A stretch of 26,095 nt of DNA from a virus (taxonomy: Duplodnaviria; Heunggongvirae; Uroviricota; Caudoviricetes), in IMG/VR virus record IMGVR_UViG_2531839476_000012; one strand, given 5' to 3'. Position 1 is the first letter of the stretch. Every line of letters begins with the position of its first letter. Below, in pieces: positions 7,981 to 18,568 of the stretch. The position numbers and the translations under genes are program-made. The notes beneath the pieces were generated by a model. The model did not search any database and had not been told where the DNA came from. It was given only the letters and a program-made list of their open reading frames with translations.

Positions 7981-8469
7981 ATGAGTCTTTTGAATGACGT
8001 TCAGAAATTCATTGAAGCCCATCCGGGGTGTACTTCCGGAGACATTGCGGATGCTTTTGCAGGTTACTCACGACAGCGCGTTCTGCAGTCAGCAAGCAAG
8101 TTACGTCAGAGTGGGCGTGTGGCTCACCGTTGTGAAGGGGATACACGCAGACATTTCCCGCGGCTGACTGAGATACCGCAGGAGCCGGAACCGCAACCAG
8201 TTCGTGAATCCAGACCTGTGCGCAATTTCTATGTCGGCACTAACGATCCCCGGGTGATTTTGTGCCTGACCCGCCAGGCGGAAGAACTGGAGTCCAGGGG
8301 CTTATACCGTCGTGCTGCAACGGTGTGGATGGCGGCATTCCGTGAAAGCCACTCCCAGCAAGAGCGAAACAATTTTCTTGCGCGTCGTGAGCGGTGTTTA
8401 CGGAAAAGCAGCAAGCGCGCTGCATCGGGTGAAGAGTGGTATCTGTCAGGGAATTACGTGGGGGCTTAA
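7981..8469 (+). CDS. Hypothetical protein with a PerC/ANR-like C-terminal motif, 162 aa
   Basis: ATG 7981 with a GGGGG Shine-Dalgarno; C-terminal segment (ELESRGLYRRAATVWMAAFRESHSQQERNNFLARRERCL) recalled as resembling PerC/ANR-family regulators. Confidence 0.5.
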   Translation: MSLLNDVQKFIEAHPGCTSGDIADAFAGYSRQRVLQSASKLRQSGRVAHRCEGDTRRHFPRLTEIPQEPEPQPVRESRPVRNFYVGTNDPRVILCLTRQAEELESRGLYRRAATVWMAAFRESHSQQERNNFLARRERCLRKSSKRAASGEEWYLSGNYVGA

Positions 8470-9122
8470 TGAGTAATAAATATTGCCAGGCGCTGGTGGA
8501 GCTGCGGAACAAACCAGCCCATGAACTGAAGGAAGTGGGCGATCAGTGGCGCACGCCGGACAACATTTTCTGGGGAATTAACACCCTGTTTGGCCCGTTT
8601 GTTCTGGATCTGTTTACTGATGGTGATAACGCCAAATGCGCCGCGTATTACACTGCGGAAGACAACGCGCTGGCGCATGACTGGTCAGAACGTCTTGCGG
8701 AGCTTAAAGGTGCTGCCTTTGGTAATCCCCCGTACAGCCGCGCCAGTCAGCATGAGGGGCAATACATCACCGGCATGCGTTACATCATGAAGCATGCCAG
8801 TGCCATGCGTGATAAAGGCGGGCGCTATGTTTTCCTGATCAAAGCTGCCACCAGCGAAGTTTGGTGGCCGGAAGATGCAGACCATATTGCTTTTATTCGC
8901 GGGCGTATTGGTTTTGAACTGCCAGCCTGGTTTATCCCGAAGGACGAGAAGCAGGTGCCGACAGGCGCTTTCTTCGCTGGTGCTATTGCTGTTTTCGACA
9001 AGACCCGGAAGGGACCGGCAATCAGCTACATCGGGCGCGATGAACTTGAGGCATGTGGTGAGGCCTTTCTGGCGCAGGTTCGCCAGCAGGCGGAAAAACT
9101 GGTCAGGGAGATGGCGGCATGA
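8469..9122 (+). CDS. Phage orphan DNA N6-adenine methyltransferase, 217 aa
   Basis: Catalytic NPPY motif (AFGNPPYSR); TAATG overlap with the upstream stop; no adjacent restriction endonuclease gene. Confidence 0.8.
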   Translation: MSNKYCQALVELRNKPAHELKEVGDQWRTPDNIFWGINTLFGPFVLDLFTDGDNAKCAAYYTAEDNALAHDWSERLAELKGAAFGNPPYSRASQHEGQYITGMRYIMKHASAMRDKGGRYVFLIKAATSEVWWPEDADHIAFIRGRIGFELPAWFIPKDEKQVPTGAFFAGAIAVFDKTRKGPAISYIGRDELEACGEAFLAQVRQQAEKLVREMAA

Positions 9123-9445
9123 CGACGTTAACTCAATGCCAGCAGCAGGTGCTGGATATGCTGATTTCTTACCAGCAAGAACGTGGCTTTCCGCCAACCA
9201 ATCAGGAGGTGGCAACCATGCTGGGATACCGTTCGGTGAATGCAGCGGTGGAGCATCTTCGCGCACTGGAGAAAAAAGGCGTCATCACGATAAAGCGTGG
9301 CGTGGCCCGGGGGATAACTCTTCATACCGCGGTGAAGGACGACGACAGCGAGGCGGTCGGGATTATCCGCGCACTGCTTGCCGGTGAGGAAAACGCCAGG
9401 CTGCGTGCAGCCCACTGGTTACATGAGAGGGGCCTGAAAGTATGA
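9119..9445 (+). CDS. LexA-like protein with the N-terminal DNA-binding domain only (no S24 peptidase domain), 108 aa
   Basis: Clear pattern match to the LexA N-terminal winged-helix domain (LTQCQQQVLDMLISYQQERGFPPTNQEVATMLGYRSVNAAVEHLRALEKKGVITIKRGVARGITL); the protein ends about 40 aa after the domain. Confidence 0.75.
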   Translation: MTTLTQCQQQVLDMLISYQQERGFPPTNQEVATMLGYRSVNAAVEHLRALEKKGVITIKRGVARGITLHTAVKDDDSEAVGIIRALLAGEENARLRAAHWLHERGLKV

Positions 9446-9831
9446 AGCTGATCTTGCCTTTCCCGCCCAGCGTGAACACGTACTGGCGACACCCCAACAA
9501 AGGGGCGTTTGCTGGTAAGAGTCTGATAAGCGCAGCGGGGCGCAAATTCCAGAGCGCGGCGTGCGCAGCAATAGTTGAGCAGTTACGTCGTCTGCCGAAA
9601 CCAACGTCGGCACCTGCTTCAGTGGAGATCGTGTTGTTTCCTCCGGATAACCGGATCCGCGATCTGGACAACTATAACAAGGCGCTGTTTGACGCCCTGA
9701 CCCATGCGGGTGTGTGGGAAGACGACAGTCAGGTGAAAAGAATGCTGGTGGAGTGGGGACCGGTTATCCCGAAAGGGAAGGTCGAGATCACTATCAGTAA
9801 GTACGAGAAAACGGCGGGTGCAGCCGCCTGA
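9442..9831 (+). CDS. rusA: RusA-family Holliday junction resolvase, 129 aa
   Basis: Conserved RusA motifs (LPFPPSVNTYWRH, DLDNYNKALFDALTHAGVWEDDSQV); ATGA overlap with the upstream gene. Confidence 0.85.
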   Translation: MKLILPFPPSVNTYWRHPNKGAFAGKSLISAAGRKFQSAACAAIVEQLRRLPKPTSAPASVEIVLFPPDNRIRDLDNYNKALFDALTHAGVWEDDSQVKRMLVEWGPVIPKGKVEITISKYEKTAGAAA

Positions 9832-9850
9832 TCAAGAGGAGAAACGAAGT

Positions 9851-10456
9851 ATGAATAATCTGATGGTCATTGATGGTATTGAAGTTCGTCGTGATGCTTA
9901 TGGGCGTTACAGCCTGAACGATCTGCATCGCGCAGCAGTAGCATCTGGTGCAAATGCCAGAACCAAGGAGCCGGGAAAGTTTCTTTCCAGCCAACAAACT
10001 GTTGAGCTTGTTCATGAATTGACCAACACCCAGAATTTGGGTGTTGACCCGGTGAGTGTGATTCATGGGGGAAATGAACGGGGAACGTATGTCTGCAAGG
10101 AACTGGTGTATGCCTATGCAATGTGGATCAGCCCGTCATTCCATCTGAAGGTGATCCGTACTTTCGATATGGTAACCAGCGCACCGGAAAAATTATCCGG
10201 ACAGGCTGCTGACAAGATGCAGGCTGGCGTGATCCTGCTGGACTTTATGCGCCGGGAGTTAAACCTGTCTAACTCTTCAGTGCTTGGTGCCTGTCAGAAA
10301 CTCCAGGAGGCTGTTGGCTTACCGAATCTGGCACCGCGCTATGCCATTGATGCTCCTGCTGATGCACACGATGGCTCAAGTCGCCCGACACTGTCACTGA
10401 GTGCACTGCTGAAACAGTATGGTATACGCCTGACGGCTAATCAGGCATATCACTAG
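9851..10456 (+). CDS. KilA-N domain protein, 201 aa
   Basis: ATG 9851 preceded by AGGAGA; N-terminal KilA-N-like region (MNNLMVIDGIEVRRDAYGRYSLNDLHRAA). Confidence 0.7.
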   Translation: MNNLMVIDGIEVRRDAYGRYSLNDLHRAAVASGANARTKEPGKFLSSQQTVELVHELTNTQNLGVDPVSVIHGGNERGTYVCKELVYAYAMWISPSFHLKVIRTFDMVTSAPEKLSGQAADKMQAGVILLDFMRRELNLSNSSVLGACQKLQEAVGLPNLAPRYAIDAPADAHDGSSRPTLSLSALLKQYGIRLTANQAYH

Positions 10457-10660
10457 ATGGTGAAACTGGGGATCGTCGAGCAGCGCGAACGATACAGCCG
10501 TACAGCGATTAACAACATCAAAAAATTCTGGTCGCTGACAGCGAAAGGTTGCATGTTCGGCAAGAACATCACCAGTCCCGCAAATCCGCGCGAGACACAG
10601 CCGCATTTCTTCGAATCCCGATTCCCTGAGCTGTTAAAGCTGCTCGATACCGTTCATTGA
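10457..10660 (+). CDS. Small hypothetical ORF (67 aa) immediately after the KilA-N gene
   Basis: ATG directly follows the upstream TAG stop; no recognisable motif; could be a displaced C-terminal piece of the KilA-N gene. Confidence 0.3.
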   Translation: MVKLGIVEQRERYSRTAINNIKKFWSLTAKGCMFGKNITSPANPRETQPHFFESRFPELLKLLDTVH

Positions 10661-10661
10661 G

Positions 10662-11657
10662 GTGACCGTGAGAGCACTACTGACCCCTGAAATTGCCCCG
10701 CGTATGGGGATCGTATTGTTCAGGCCAGGTTCAGAGCTGATGCCCCTGTTTATGCAGGGGCGTGTCCTGCTGGAGCCTGAGCCGGAGCGTTATTCATCTT
10801 TCGCCAGTGGTGCCGTTCCGGCGGCATCACAACCGCTGGCGGATGATCCTGCCGTTCGGGCCGTGTTCCGCAATGAGGCAGTGATCCGTCGTGCTGGTGG
10901 CGTGGAATGTCTTGAAAGCTGGTTACTTCGTGAAAAAGGCTGCCAGTGGCCTCATTCCGACTGGCACAGCGAGAACATGACCACAATGCGACACGCTCCG
11001 GGTGCAATCCGTCTGTGCTGGCACTGCGATAACCAGCTGCGCGATCAGTTCACGGAACGGCTGGAATCAATGGCAACGGATAACTGTGCCCGCTGGGTGT
11101 TGTCTGTTGTGCGTCGGGATCTCGGTTTTGATGACAGTCACGTTGTGACAATGCCGGAACTGTGCTGGTGGCTGATTCGTAATGATCTGGCGGATGCCTT
11201 ACCGGAAAGTGCAGCCCGTAAGGCACTGAGATTACCGAAGCCTGTTGTGCCGTCTGTTACCCGGGAAAGTGACCTTGTGCCTTCGGTTCCTGCCACCAGC
11301 ATCATCCAGGATAAGGCGAAAAAGGTGCTGGCGCTGAAAGTGGATCCGGAGTCGCCGGAGTCTTTTATGTTACGCCCAAAACGTCGCCGCTGGGTTAATG
11401 AAAAGTACACGCGCAGGGTTAAGACACAGCCGTGTGCATGTTGTGGAAAGCCAGCTGATGATCCGCATCATCTGATAGGCCATGGTCAGGGTGGAATGGG
11501 TACAAAAGCGCATGACCTTTTTGTGCTGCCTTTGTGCAGAAAACACCACGACGAACTGCATGCGGATACCGTGGCATTTGAAGAGAAGTATGGCTCCCAG
11601 CTGGAGCTGATATTTCGTTTTATCGATCGCGCACTGGCGATTGGTGTGCTGGCCTGA
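10662..11657 (+). CDS. DUF968-like prophage protein with a C-terminal HNH/zinc-finger-like motif, 331 aa
   Basis: C-terminal [28 protein letters not shown]...CRKHHDELH has HNH-like Cys/His spacing; GTG start at 10662 right after the upstream stop. Confidence 0.65.
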   Translation: MTVRALLTPEIAPRMGIVLFRPGSELMPLFMQGRVLLEPEPERYSSFASGAVPAASQPLADDPAVRAVFRNEAVIRRAGGVECLESWLLREKGCQWPHSDWHSENMTTMRHAPGAIRLCWHCDNQLRDQFTERLESMATDNCARWVLSVVRRDLGFDDSHVVTMPELCWWLIRNDLADALPESAARKALRLPKPVVPSVTRESDLVPSVPATSIIQDKAKKVLALKVDPESPESFMLRPKRRRWVNEKYTRRVKTQPCACCGKPADDPHHLIGHGQGGMGTKAHDLFVLPLCRKHHDELHADTVAFEEKYGSQLELIFRFIDRALAIGVLA

Positions 11658-11674
11658 TTTTGTGGAGAAAGTTA

Positions 11675-13249
<1,575 letters not shown>

Positions 13250-13290
13250 CTAATTAATATGCCAATTGTTTACTGAAAGTTATTAAAAAT

Positions 13291-13308
13291 GGGGCGTTGC
13301 AACGCCCC
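13291..13308 (-). terminator. Perfect 18-bp palindrome GGGGCGTTGCAACGCCCC, T-rich on the minus strand side; candidate terminator downstream of the porin gene
   Basis: Perfect 9-bp stem; on the minus strand it is followed by ATTTTTAAT. Confidence 0.45.
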
Positions 13309-13396
13309 CAAAAATAAAGGGTAATATATAACAGAAGGTTTATATAGTTAGAAGCAAGGTTGTGCTCCTAAAGGAAGTGGCTTGAGGGAGTCACTT

Positions 13397-13436
13397 ATAT
13401 GTTGGGGAGGCAACGCCTCCCGCAACATATCTTTTT
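13397..13436 (+). terminator. Long imperfect palindrome followed by a T5 run; candidate plus-strand terminator (possible tR'-like element)
   Basis: ATATGTTGGGGAGGC-AAC-GCCTCCCGCAACATAT then CTTTTTC. Confidence 0.45.
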
Positions 13437-13446
13437 CGTAATCAGA

Positions 13447-14544
13447 TTAGAACTGGTAAACCAGACCTACAGCAACGATGTCATCAGTGCTTACACCGAG
13501 TGCTTTAGTGAAGTCATTTTTGTCAAGCAGGTTGATTTTGTAATCAACGAAAGTAGACATATTTTTGTTGAAGTAATAGGTTGCACCTACATCAACATAT
13601 TTGACTAAGTCCTGATCGCCCCATACTCCAAGATCCTTACCTTTAGATTGCAGGTAAGCAACGGACGGACGCAGACCGAAATCGAACTGATATTGTGCAA
13701 CAGCTTCGAAGTTTTGAGCTTTATTAGCAACGAAGTGATCAGCAAATACAGTCATATTCTGGGTTTCAGAATAGGTAGTGGCCAGGTAAATGTTGTTAGC
13801 GTCATATTTCAGACCTGCGGCCCAAACTTCTGCATTTTTACCGGAAGCAAATACTTCAGGAAGAACTTTCCCTGCATTAACTTGAGTGTCGGTACGATCA
13901 GATTTCGCATAAGTTGCACCGATACCGAATCCTTCGTATTCATAGGTAGCAGAGAAACCGAAGCCATCACCGTTACCTTCGGTGTAGTTATCGAAATCGC
14001 TACGATCGTTTTTGCCTTGGTACTGAGCAGCAAAGTTCAGACCATCAACCAGACCAAAGAAGTCGTTGTTACGATAGGTTGCAACACCAGTGGTGCGACC
14101 AGTCATGAACACATCTGTTTGGGTCCAGGTATCGCCACCGAATTCTGGCAGAACGTCAGTCCACGCACCGATGTCGTATGCTACACCGTAGTTACGGCCG
14201 TAATCGATTGAGCCGTAGTCACCGAATTTCAGGCCTGCAAATGCAAGACGGGTTTTGTCTTTGGAGGAACCTTGAGATTCAGCGCGGTTGCCTTTGAATT
14301 CATATTCCCACTGACCGAAACCAGTCAGCTGATCGTTGATTTGGGTTTCGCCTTTGAAGCCCAGACGAACATAAGTAGTATCACCATCATCTGCATCGTT
14401 AGAGGAAAAGTAGTGCTTGGCATTAACTTTCCCGTACAGATCCAGCTTGTTACTGTCTTTATTATAAATTTCAGCTGCCTGAGCAGACATCGCCATCAGT
14501 ACTGATGCAGCTACAGCAGAAATTGCCACTGTTAATTTTTTCAT
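13447..14544 (-). CDS. nmpC: Outer-membrane general porin of the OmpC/NmpC/Lc family, intact 365-aa precursor
   Basis: Signal peptide [23 protein letters not shown]; porin beta-barrel sequence throughout; C-terminal ...VGLVYQF with terminal Phe; opposite in orientation to the surrounding phage genes. Confidence 0.9.
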   Translation of the reverse strand: MKKLTVAISAVAASVLMAMSAQAAEIYNKDSNKLDLYGKVNAKHYFSSNDADDGDTTYVRLGFKGETQINDQLTGFGQWEYEFKGNRAESQGSSKDKTRLAFAGLKFGDYGSIDYGRNYGVAYDIGAWTDVLPEFGGDTWTQTDVFMTGRTTGVATYRNNDFFGLVDGLNFAAQYQGKNDRSDFDNYTEGNGDGFGFSATYEYEGFGIGATYAKSDRTDTQVNAGKVLPEVFASGKNAEVWAAGLKYDANNIYLATTYSETQNMTVFADHFVANKAQNFEAVAQYQFDFGLRPSVAYLQSKGKDLGVWGDQDLVKYVDVGATYYFNKNMSTFVDYKINLLDKNDFTKALGVSTDDIVAVGLVYQF

Positions 14545-15132
14545 CGTGAGCCCTTTTTTTTGAACTATTATTAAAAAATGATGTCACTGCGCGATAAATA
14601 TTCATCTAATCAATGTGATTATTTCAAGATGTAAGTTTTAGTTTCTCATTTAATTTGTGAAGTAGATCTCTATTTTTATCTGAACTTTTTCTATCGAAAC
14701 CTATTTATGGCTCTTATTTGAACAAAAATAAATCTATTAGCTAATTTATATTAATGGCTGTTATTTATGGTGGTTCTATAATTCGTCTGTTTAATTTAAA
14801 CCGGCTAAAAATAACACTGGAAATTATTTATTGGTTATTTGTTGAGGTTTTCTTATGTATTTGTTGTGATGTTTTGAACACTCGGTAGCATTCTCATAAA
14901 TATCATTCAGTGGTTTACGTACGTAAAAAATTGGTTATGCTGTTAAGAGTGGTTACTTCGTCACACAGCTTAAACCCGCCGTCGAGCTGGTTTTTCCATT
15001 TTTTGAGTCTCGATATTAGCTGATAACTCAATACCTGAGTTATTCACTGACTCGGAGTCAGTTACGTTTCTGCTTTTTTGCGATACGTTGTATTCCCTCA
15101 ATTTACACCCGCTTTGTCTGCGAGGTGGGGTT

Positions 15133-15348
15133 ATGAAATTCATGGATAAGTTAACAACTGGAGTCGCCTATGGCACCTCAGCAGGTAGTGCCGGTTACTG
15201 GTTTTTACAGCTGCTCGATAAAGTCACTCCCTCACAGTGGGCAGCAATAGGTGTGCTGGGTAGCCTGGTATTTGGCCTGCTGACGTACCTGACAAACCTT
15301 TATTTCAAGATTAAAGAAGATAAGCGCAAGGCTGCGAGAGGTGAATAA
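15133..15348 (+). CDS. essD: Class II holin with dual-start motif (MKFM), 71 aa
   Basis: GAGGTGGGG Shine-Dalgarno; two in-frame ATGs (15133 and 15142); one or two transmembrane helices; stop overlaps the lysozyme start (TAATG). Confidence 0.85.
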
Positions 15349-15845
15349 TGCCTCCATCATTACGAAAAGCCGTTGCTGCTGCTATTGGTGGCGGAGCAAT
15401 TGCTATAGCATCAGTGTTAATCACTGGCCCAAGTGGTAACGATGGTCTGGAAGGTGTCAGCTACATACCATACAAAGATATTGTTGGTGTATGGACTGTA
15501 TGTCACGGACACACCGGAAAAGACATCATGCTCGGTAAAACGTATACCAAAGCAGAATGCAAAGCACTCTTGAATAAAGACCTTGCCACTGTCGCCAGAC
15601 AAATTAACCCGTATATCAAAGTCGATATACCGGAAACAACGCGCGGCGCTCTTTACTCATTCGTTTACAATGTGGGTGCTGGCAATTTTAGAACATCGAC
15701 GCTTCTTCGCAAAATAAACCAGGGCGATATCAAAGGCGCATGTGATCAGCTGCGTCGCTGGACATACGCTGGCGGTAAGCAATGGAAAGGCCTGATGACT
15801 CGTCGTGAGATTGAGCGTGAAGTCTGTTTGTGGGGGCAACAGTGA
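15348..15845 (+). CDS. rrrD: Phage endolysin, 165 aa (lysozyme with an N-terminal signal-anchor-like segment)
   Basis: Hydrophobic N-terminal segment ([18 protein letters not shown]) followed by a lysozyme-like domain; sequence recalled as RrrD/R21-like. Confidence 0.9.
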
Positions 15846-16303
15846 GCAGAGTAACCGCGATTATATCCGCTCTGATTATCTGCATCATCGTCAGCCTGTC
15901 ATGGGCGGTCAATCATTACCGTGATAACGCAATCGCCTACAAAGCCCAGCGCGACAAAAATGCCAGAGAACTGAAGCTAGCGAACGCGGCAATTACTGAC
16001 ATGCAGATGCGTCAGCGTGATGTTGCTGCGCTCGATGCAAAATACACGAAGGAGTTAGCTGATGCGAAAGCTGAAAATGATGCTCTGCGTGATGATGTTG
16101 CCGCTGGTCGTCGTCGGTTGCACATCAAAGCAGTCTGTCAGTCAGTGCGTGAAGCCACCACGGCCTCCGGCGTGGATAATGCAGCCTCCCCCCGACTGGC
16201 AGACACCGCTGAACGGGATTATTTCACCCTCAGAGAGAGGCTGATCACTATGCAAAAACAACTGGAAGGAACCCAGAAGTATATTAATGAGCAGTGCAGA
16301 TAG
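15842..16303 (+). CDS. rzpD: Rz-like inner-membrane spanin, 153 aa
   Basis: GTG start overlapping the lysozyme stop; N-terminal transmembrane helix then a coiled-coil periplasmic domain. Confidence 0.8.
16062..16244 (+). CDS. rzoD: Rz1-like outer-membrane lipoprotein spanin, embedded in another frame of the Rz gene, 60 aa
   Basis: Lipobox LVVVGC; proline-rich mature region ([18 protein letters not shown]); lies entirely within 15842-16303. Confidence 0.75.
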   Translation: MRKLKMMLCVMMLPLVVVGCTSKQSVSQCVKPPRPPAWIMQPPPDWQTPLNGIISPSERG

Positions 16304-16334
16304 AGCTGACCATATCGATGGGCAACTCATGCAA

Positions 16335-16628
16335 TTATTTTGAGCAATACACACGCGCTTCCAGCGGAGTATAAATGCCTAAAGTAATAAAACCGAGCAA
16401 TCCATTTACGAATGTTTGCTGGGTTTCTGTTTTAACAACATTTTCTGCGCCGCCACAAATTTTGGCTGCATCGACAGTTTTCTTCTGCCCAATTCCAGAA
16501 ACGAAGAAATGATGGGTGATGGTTTCCTTTGGTGCTACTGCTGTCTGTTTGTTTTGAACAGTAAACGTCTGTTGAGCACATCCTGTAATAAGCAGGGCCA
16601 GCGCAGTAGCGAGTAGCATTTTTTTCAT
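16335..16628 (-). CDS. bor: Bor lipoprotein (serum-resistance family), 97 aa
   Basis: Signal peptide and lipobox (LLITGC); sequence recalled as lambda Bor-like. Confidence 0.9.
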   Translation of the reverse strand: MKKMLLATALALLITGCAQQTFTVQNKQTAVAPKETITHHFFVSGIGQKKTVDAAKICGGAENVVKTETQQTFVNGLLGFITLGIYTPLEARVYCSK

Positions 16629-16918
16629 GGTGTTATTCCCGATGCTTTTTGAAGTTCGCAGAATCGTATGTGTAGAAAATTAAACAAACCCTAAACAATG
16701 AGTTGAAATTTCATATTGTTAATATTTATTAATGTATGTCAGGTGCGATGAATCGTCATTGTATTCCCGGATTAACTATGTCCACAGCCCTGACGGGGAA
16801 CTTCTCTGCGGGAGTGTCCGGGAATAATTAAAAACGATGCACACAGGGTTTAGCGCGTACACGTATTGCATTATGCCAACGCCCCGGTGCTGACACGGAA
16901 GAAACCGGACGTTATGAT

Positions 16919-17371
16919 TTAGCGTGGAAAGATTTGTGTAGTGTTCTGAATGCTCTCAGTAAATAGTAATGAATTATCAAAGGTATAGTAATATCTTTTA
17001 TGTTCGTGGATATTTGTAACCCATCGGAAAACTCCTGCTTTAGCAAGATTTTCCCTGTATTGCTGAAATGTGATTTCTCTTGATTTCAACCTATCAAAGG
17101 ACGTTTCTATAAGATGCGTATTTCTTGAGAATTTAACATTTACAACCTTTTTAAGTCCTTTTATTAACACAGTGTTATCGTTTTTTAACACAATGTGAAT
17201 ATTATCTGTGGCTAGATAGTAAATATAATGTGAGACATTGTGACGTTTTAGTTCAGAATAAAACAATTCACAGTTTAAATCTTTTCGCACTTGATCGAAT
17301 ATTTCTTTAAAAATGGCAACCTGAGCCATTGGTAAAACCTTCCATGTGATACGAGGGCGCGTAGTTTGCAT
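16919..17371 (-). CDS. ybcV: YbcV-like (DUF1398) prophage protein, 150 aa from ATG 17371 (177 aa if TTG 17452 is used)
   Basis: ORF on the minus strand; the longest start is TTG with no Shine-Dalgarno, so the internal ATG is preferred. Confidence 0.65.
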   Translation of the reverse strand: MQTTRPRITWKVLPMAQVAIFKEIFDQVRKDLNCELFYSELKRHNVSHYIYYLATDNIHIVLKNDNTVLIKGLKKVVNVKFSRNTHLIETSFDRLKSREITFQQYRENLAKAGVFRWVTNIHEHKRYYYTFDNSLLFTESIQNTTQIFPR

Positions 17372-17614
17372 TATCGTTTTTATCGTTTCAATCTGGTCTG
17401 ACCTCTTTGTGTTTTGTTGATGATTTATGTCAAATATTAGGAATGTTTTCAATTAATAGTATTGGTTGTGTAACAAAGTGCGGTCCTGCTGGCATTCTGG
17501 AGGGAAATACAACCGACAGATGTATGTAAGGCCAACGTGCTCAAATCTTCATACAGAAAGATTTGAAGTAATATTTTAACCGCTAGATGAAGAGCAAGCG
17601 CATGGAGCGACAAA

Positions 17615-17821
17615 ATGAATAAAGAACAATCTGCTGATGATCCCTCCGTGGATCTGATTCGTGTAAAAAATATGCTTAATAGCACCATTTCTATGAGTTA
17701 CCCTGATGTTGTAATTGCATGTATAGAACATAAGGTGTCTCTGGAAGCATTCAGGGCAATTGAGGCAGCGTTGGTGAAGCACGATAATAATATGAAGGAT
17801 TATTCCCTGGTGGTTGACTGA
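17615..17821 (+). CDS. ybcW: YbcW-like small hypothetical protein, 68 aa
   Basis: Compact ORF in an AT-rich accessory segment; sequence recalled as DLP12 YbcW-like. Confidence 0.5.
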
Positions 17822-17985
17822 TCACCATAACTGCTAATCATTCAAACTACTTAACCTGTGACAGAGCCAACACGCAGTCTGTCACTGTCAGGAAAGTGGT
17901 AAAACTGCAACTCAATTACTGCAATGCCCTCGTAATTAAGTGAATTTACAATATCGTCCTGTTCGGAGGGAAGAACGCGGGATGT

Positions 17986-18180
17986 TCATTCTTCATCACT
18001 TTTAATTGATGTATATGCTCTCTTTTCTGACGTTAGCCTCCGACGGCAGGCTTCAATGACCCAGGCTGAGAAATTCCCGGACCCTTTTTGATCAAGAGCG
18101 ATGTTAATTTGTTCAATCATTTGGTTAGGAAAGCGGATGTTGCGGGTTGTTGTTCTGCGGGTTCTGTTCTTCGTTGACAT
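17986..18180 (-). CDS. ylcI: YlcI-like small basic protein (possible ribbon-helix-helix fold), 64 aa
   Basis: Arg-rich N-terminus (MSTKNRTRRTTTRNIRFPNQMIEQINIALDQ); located just upstream of cos. Confidence 0.5.
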   Translation of the reverse strand: MSTKNRTRRTTTRNIRFPNQMIEQINIALDQKGSGNFSAWVIEACRRRLTSEKRAYTSIKSDEE

Positions 18181-18379
18181 GAGGTTGCCCCGTATTCAGT
18201 GTCGCTGATTTGTATTGTCTGAAGTTGTTTTTACGTTAAGTTGATGCGGATCAATTAATACGATACCTGCGTCATAATTGATTATTTGACGTGGTTTGAT
18301 GGCGTAGATGCACGTTGTGACATGTAGATGATAATTATTATCATTTTGCGGGTCCTTTCCGGCGATCCGACAGGTTACG

Positions 18380-18391
18380 GGGCGGCGACCT
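18380..18391. other. cos: cosN, the lambda-type cohesive-end site (12-nt GGGCGGCGACCT); cosB lies between here and Nu1
   Basis: Exact match to the lambda 12-nt cohesive end, preceded by ...GATCCGACAGGTTACG; Nu1 starts about 190 bp downstream as in lambda. Confidence 0.85.
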
Positions 18392-18568
18392 CGCGGGTTT
18401 TCGCTATTTATGAAAATTTTCCGGTTTAAGGCGTTTCCGTTCTTCTTCGTCGTAACTTAATGTTTTTATTTAAAATACCCCCTGAAAAGAAAGGAAACGA
18501 CAGGTGCTGAAAACGAACTTTTGGGCCTTTGTCGTTTCCTTTCTCTGTTTTTGGCCGTGGAATGAACA

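Noticed and set aside
8685-9266. 193-aa minus-strand ORF opposite the methyltransferase and LexA-like genes
   Set aside because: Antisense to two motif-supported genes; likely a chance open frame in GC-rich coding DNA.
13648-14211. 187-aa plus-strand ORF inside the porin gene
   Set aside because: Antisense to an intact, clearly recognisable porin.
14545-15087. AT-rich 540-bp region considered as a possible integration site or a second mobile element
   Set aside because: No terminal inverted repeats, direct-repeat flanks or transposase; more simply the promoter region for the divergent porin and holin genes.
17449-17782. Minus-strand ORFs (79 and 68 aa) opposite the YbcW-like gene
   Set aside because: No RBS, overlap a plus-strand ORF, low-complexity translations.
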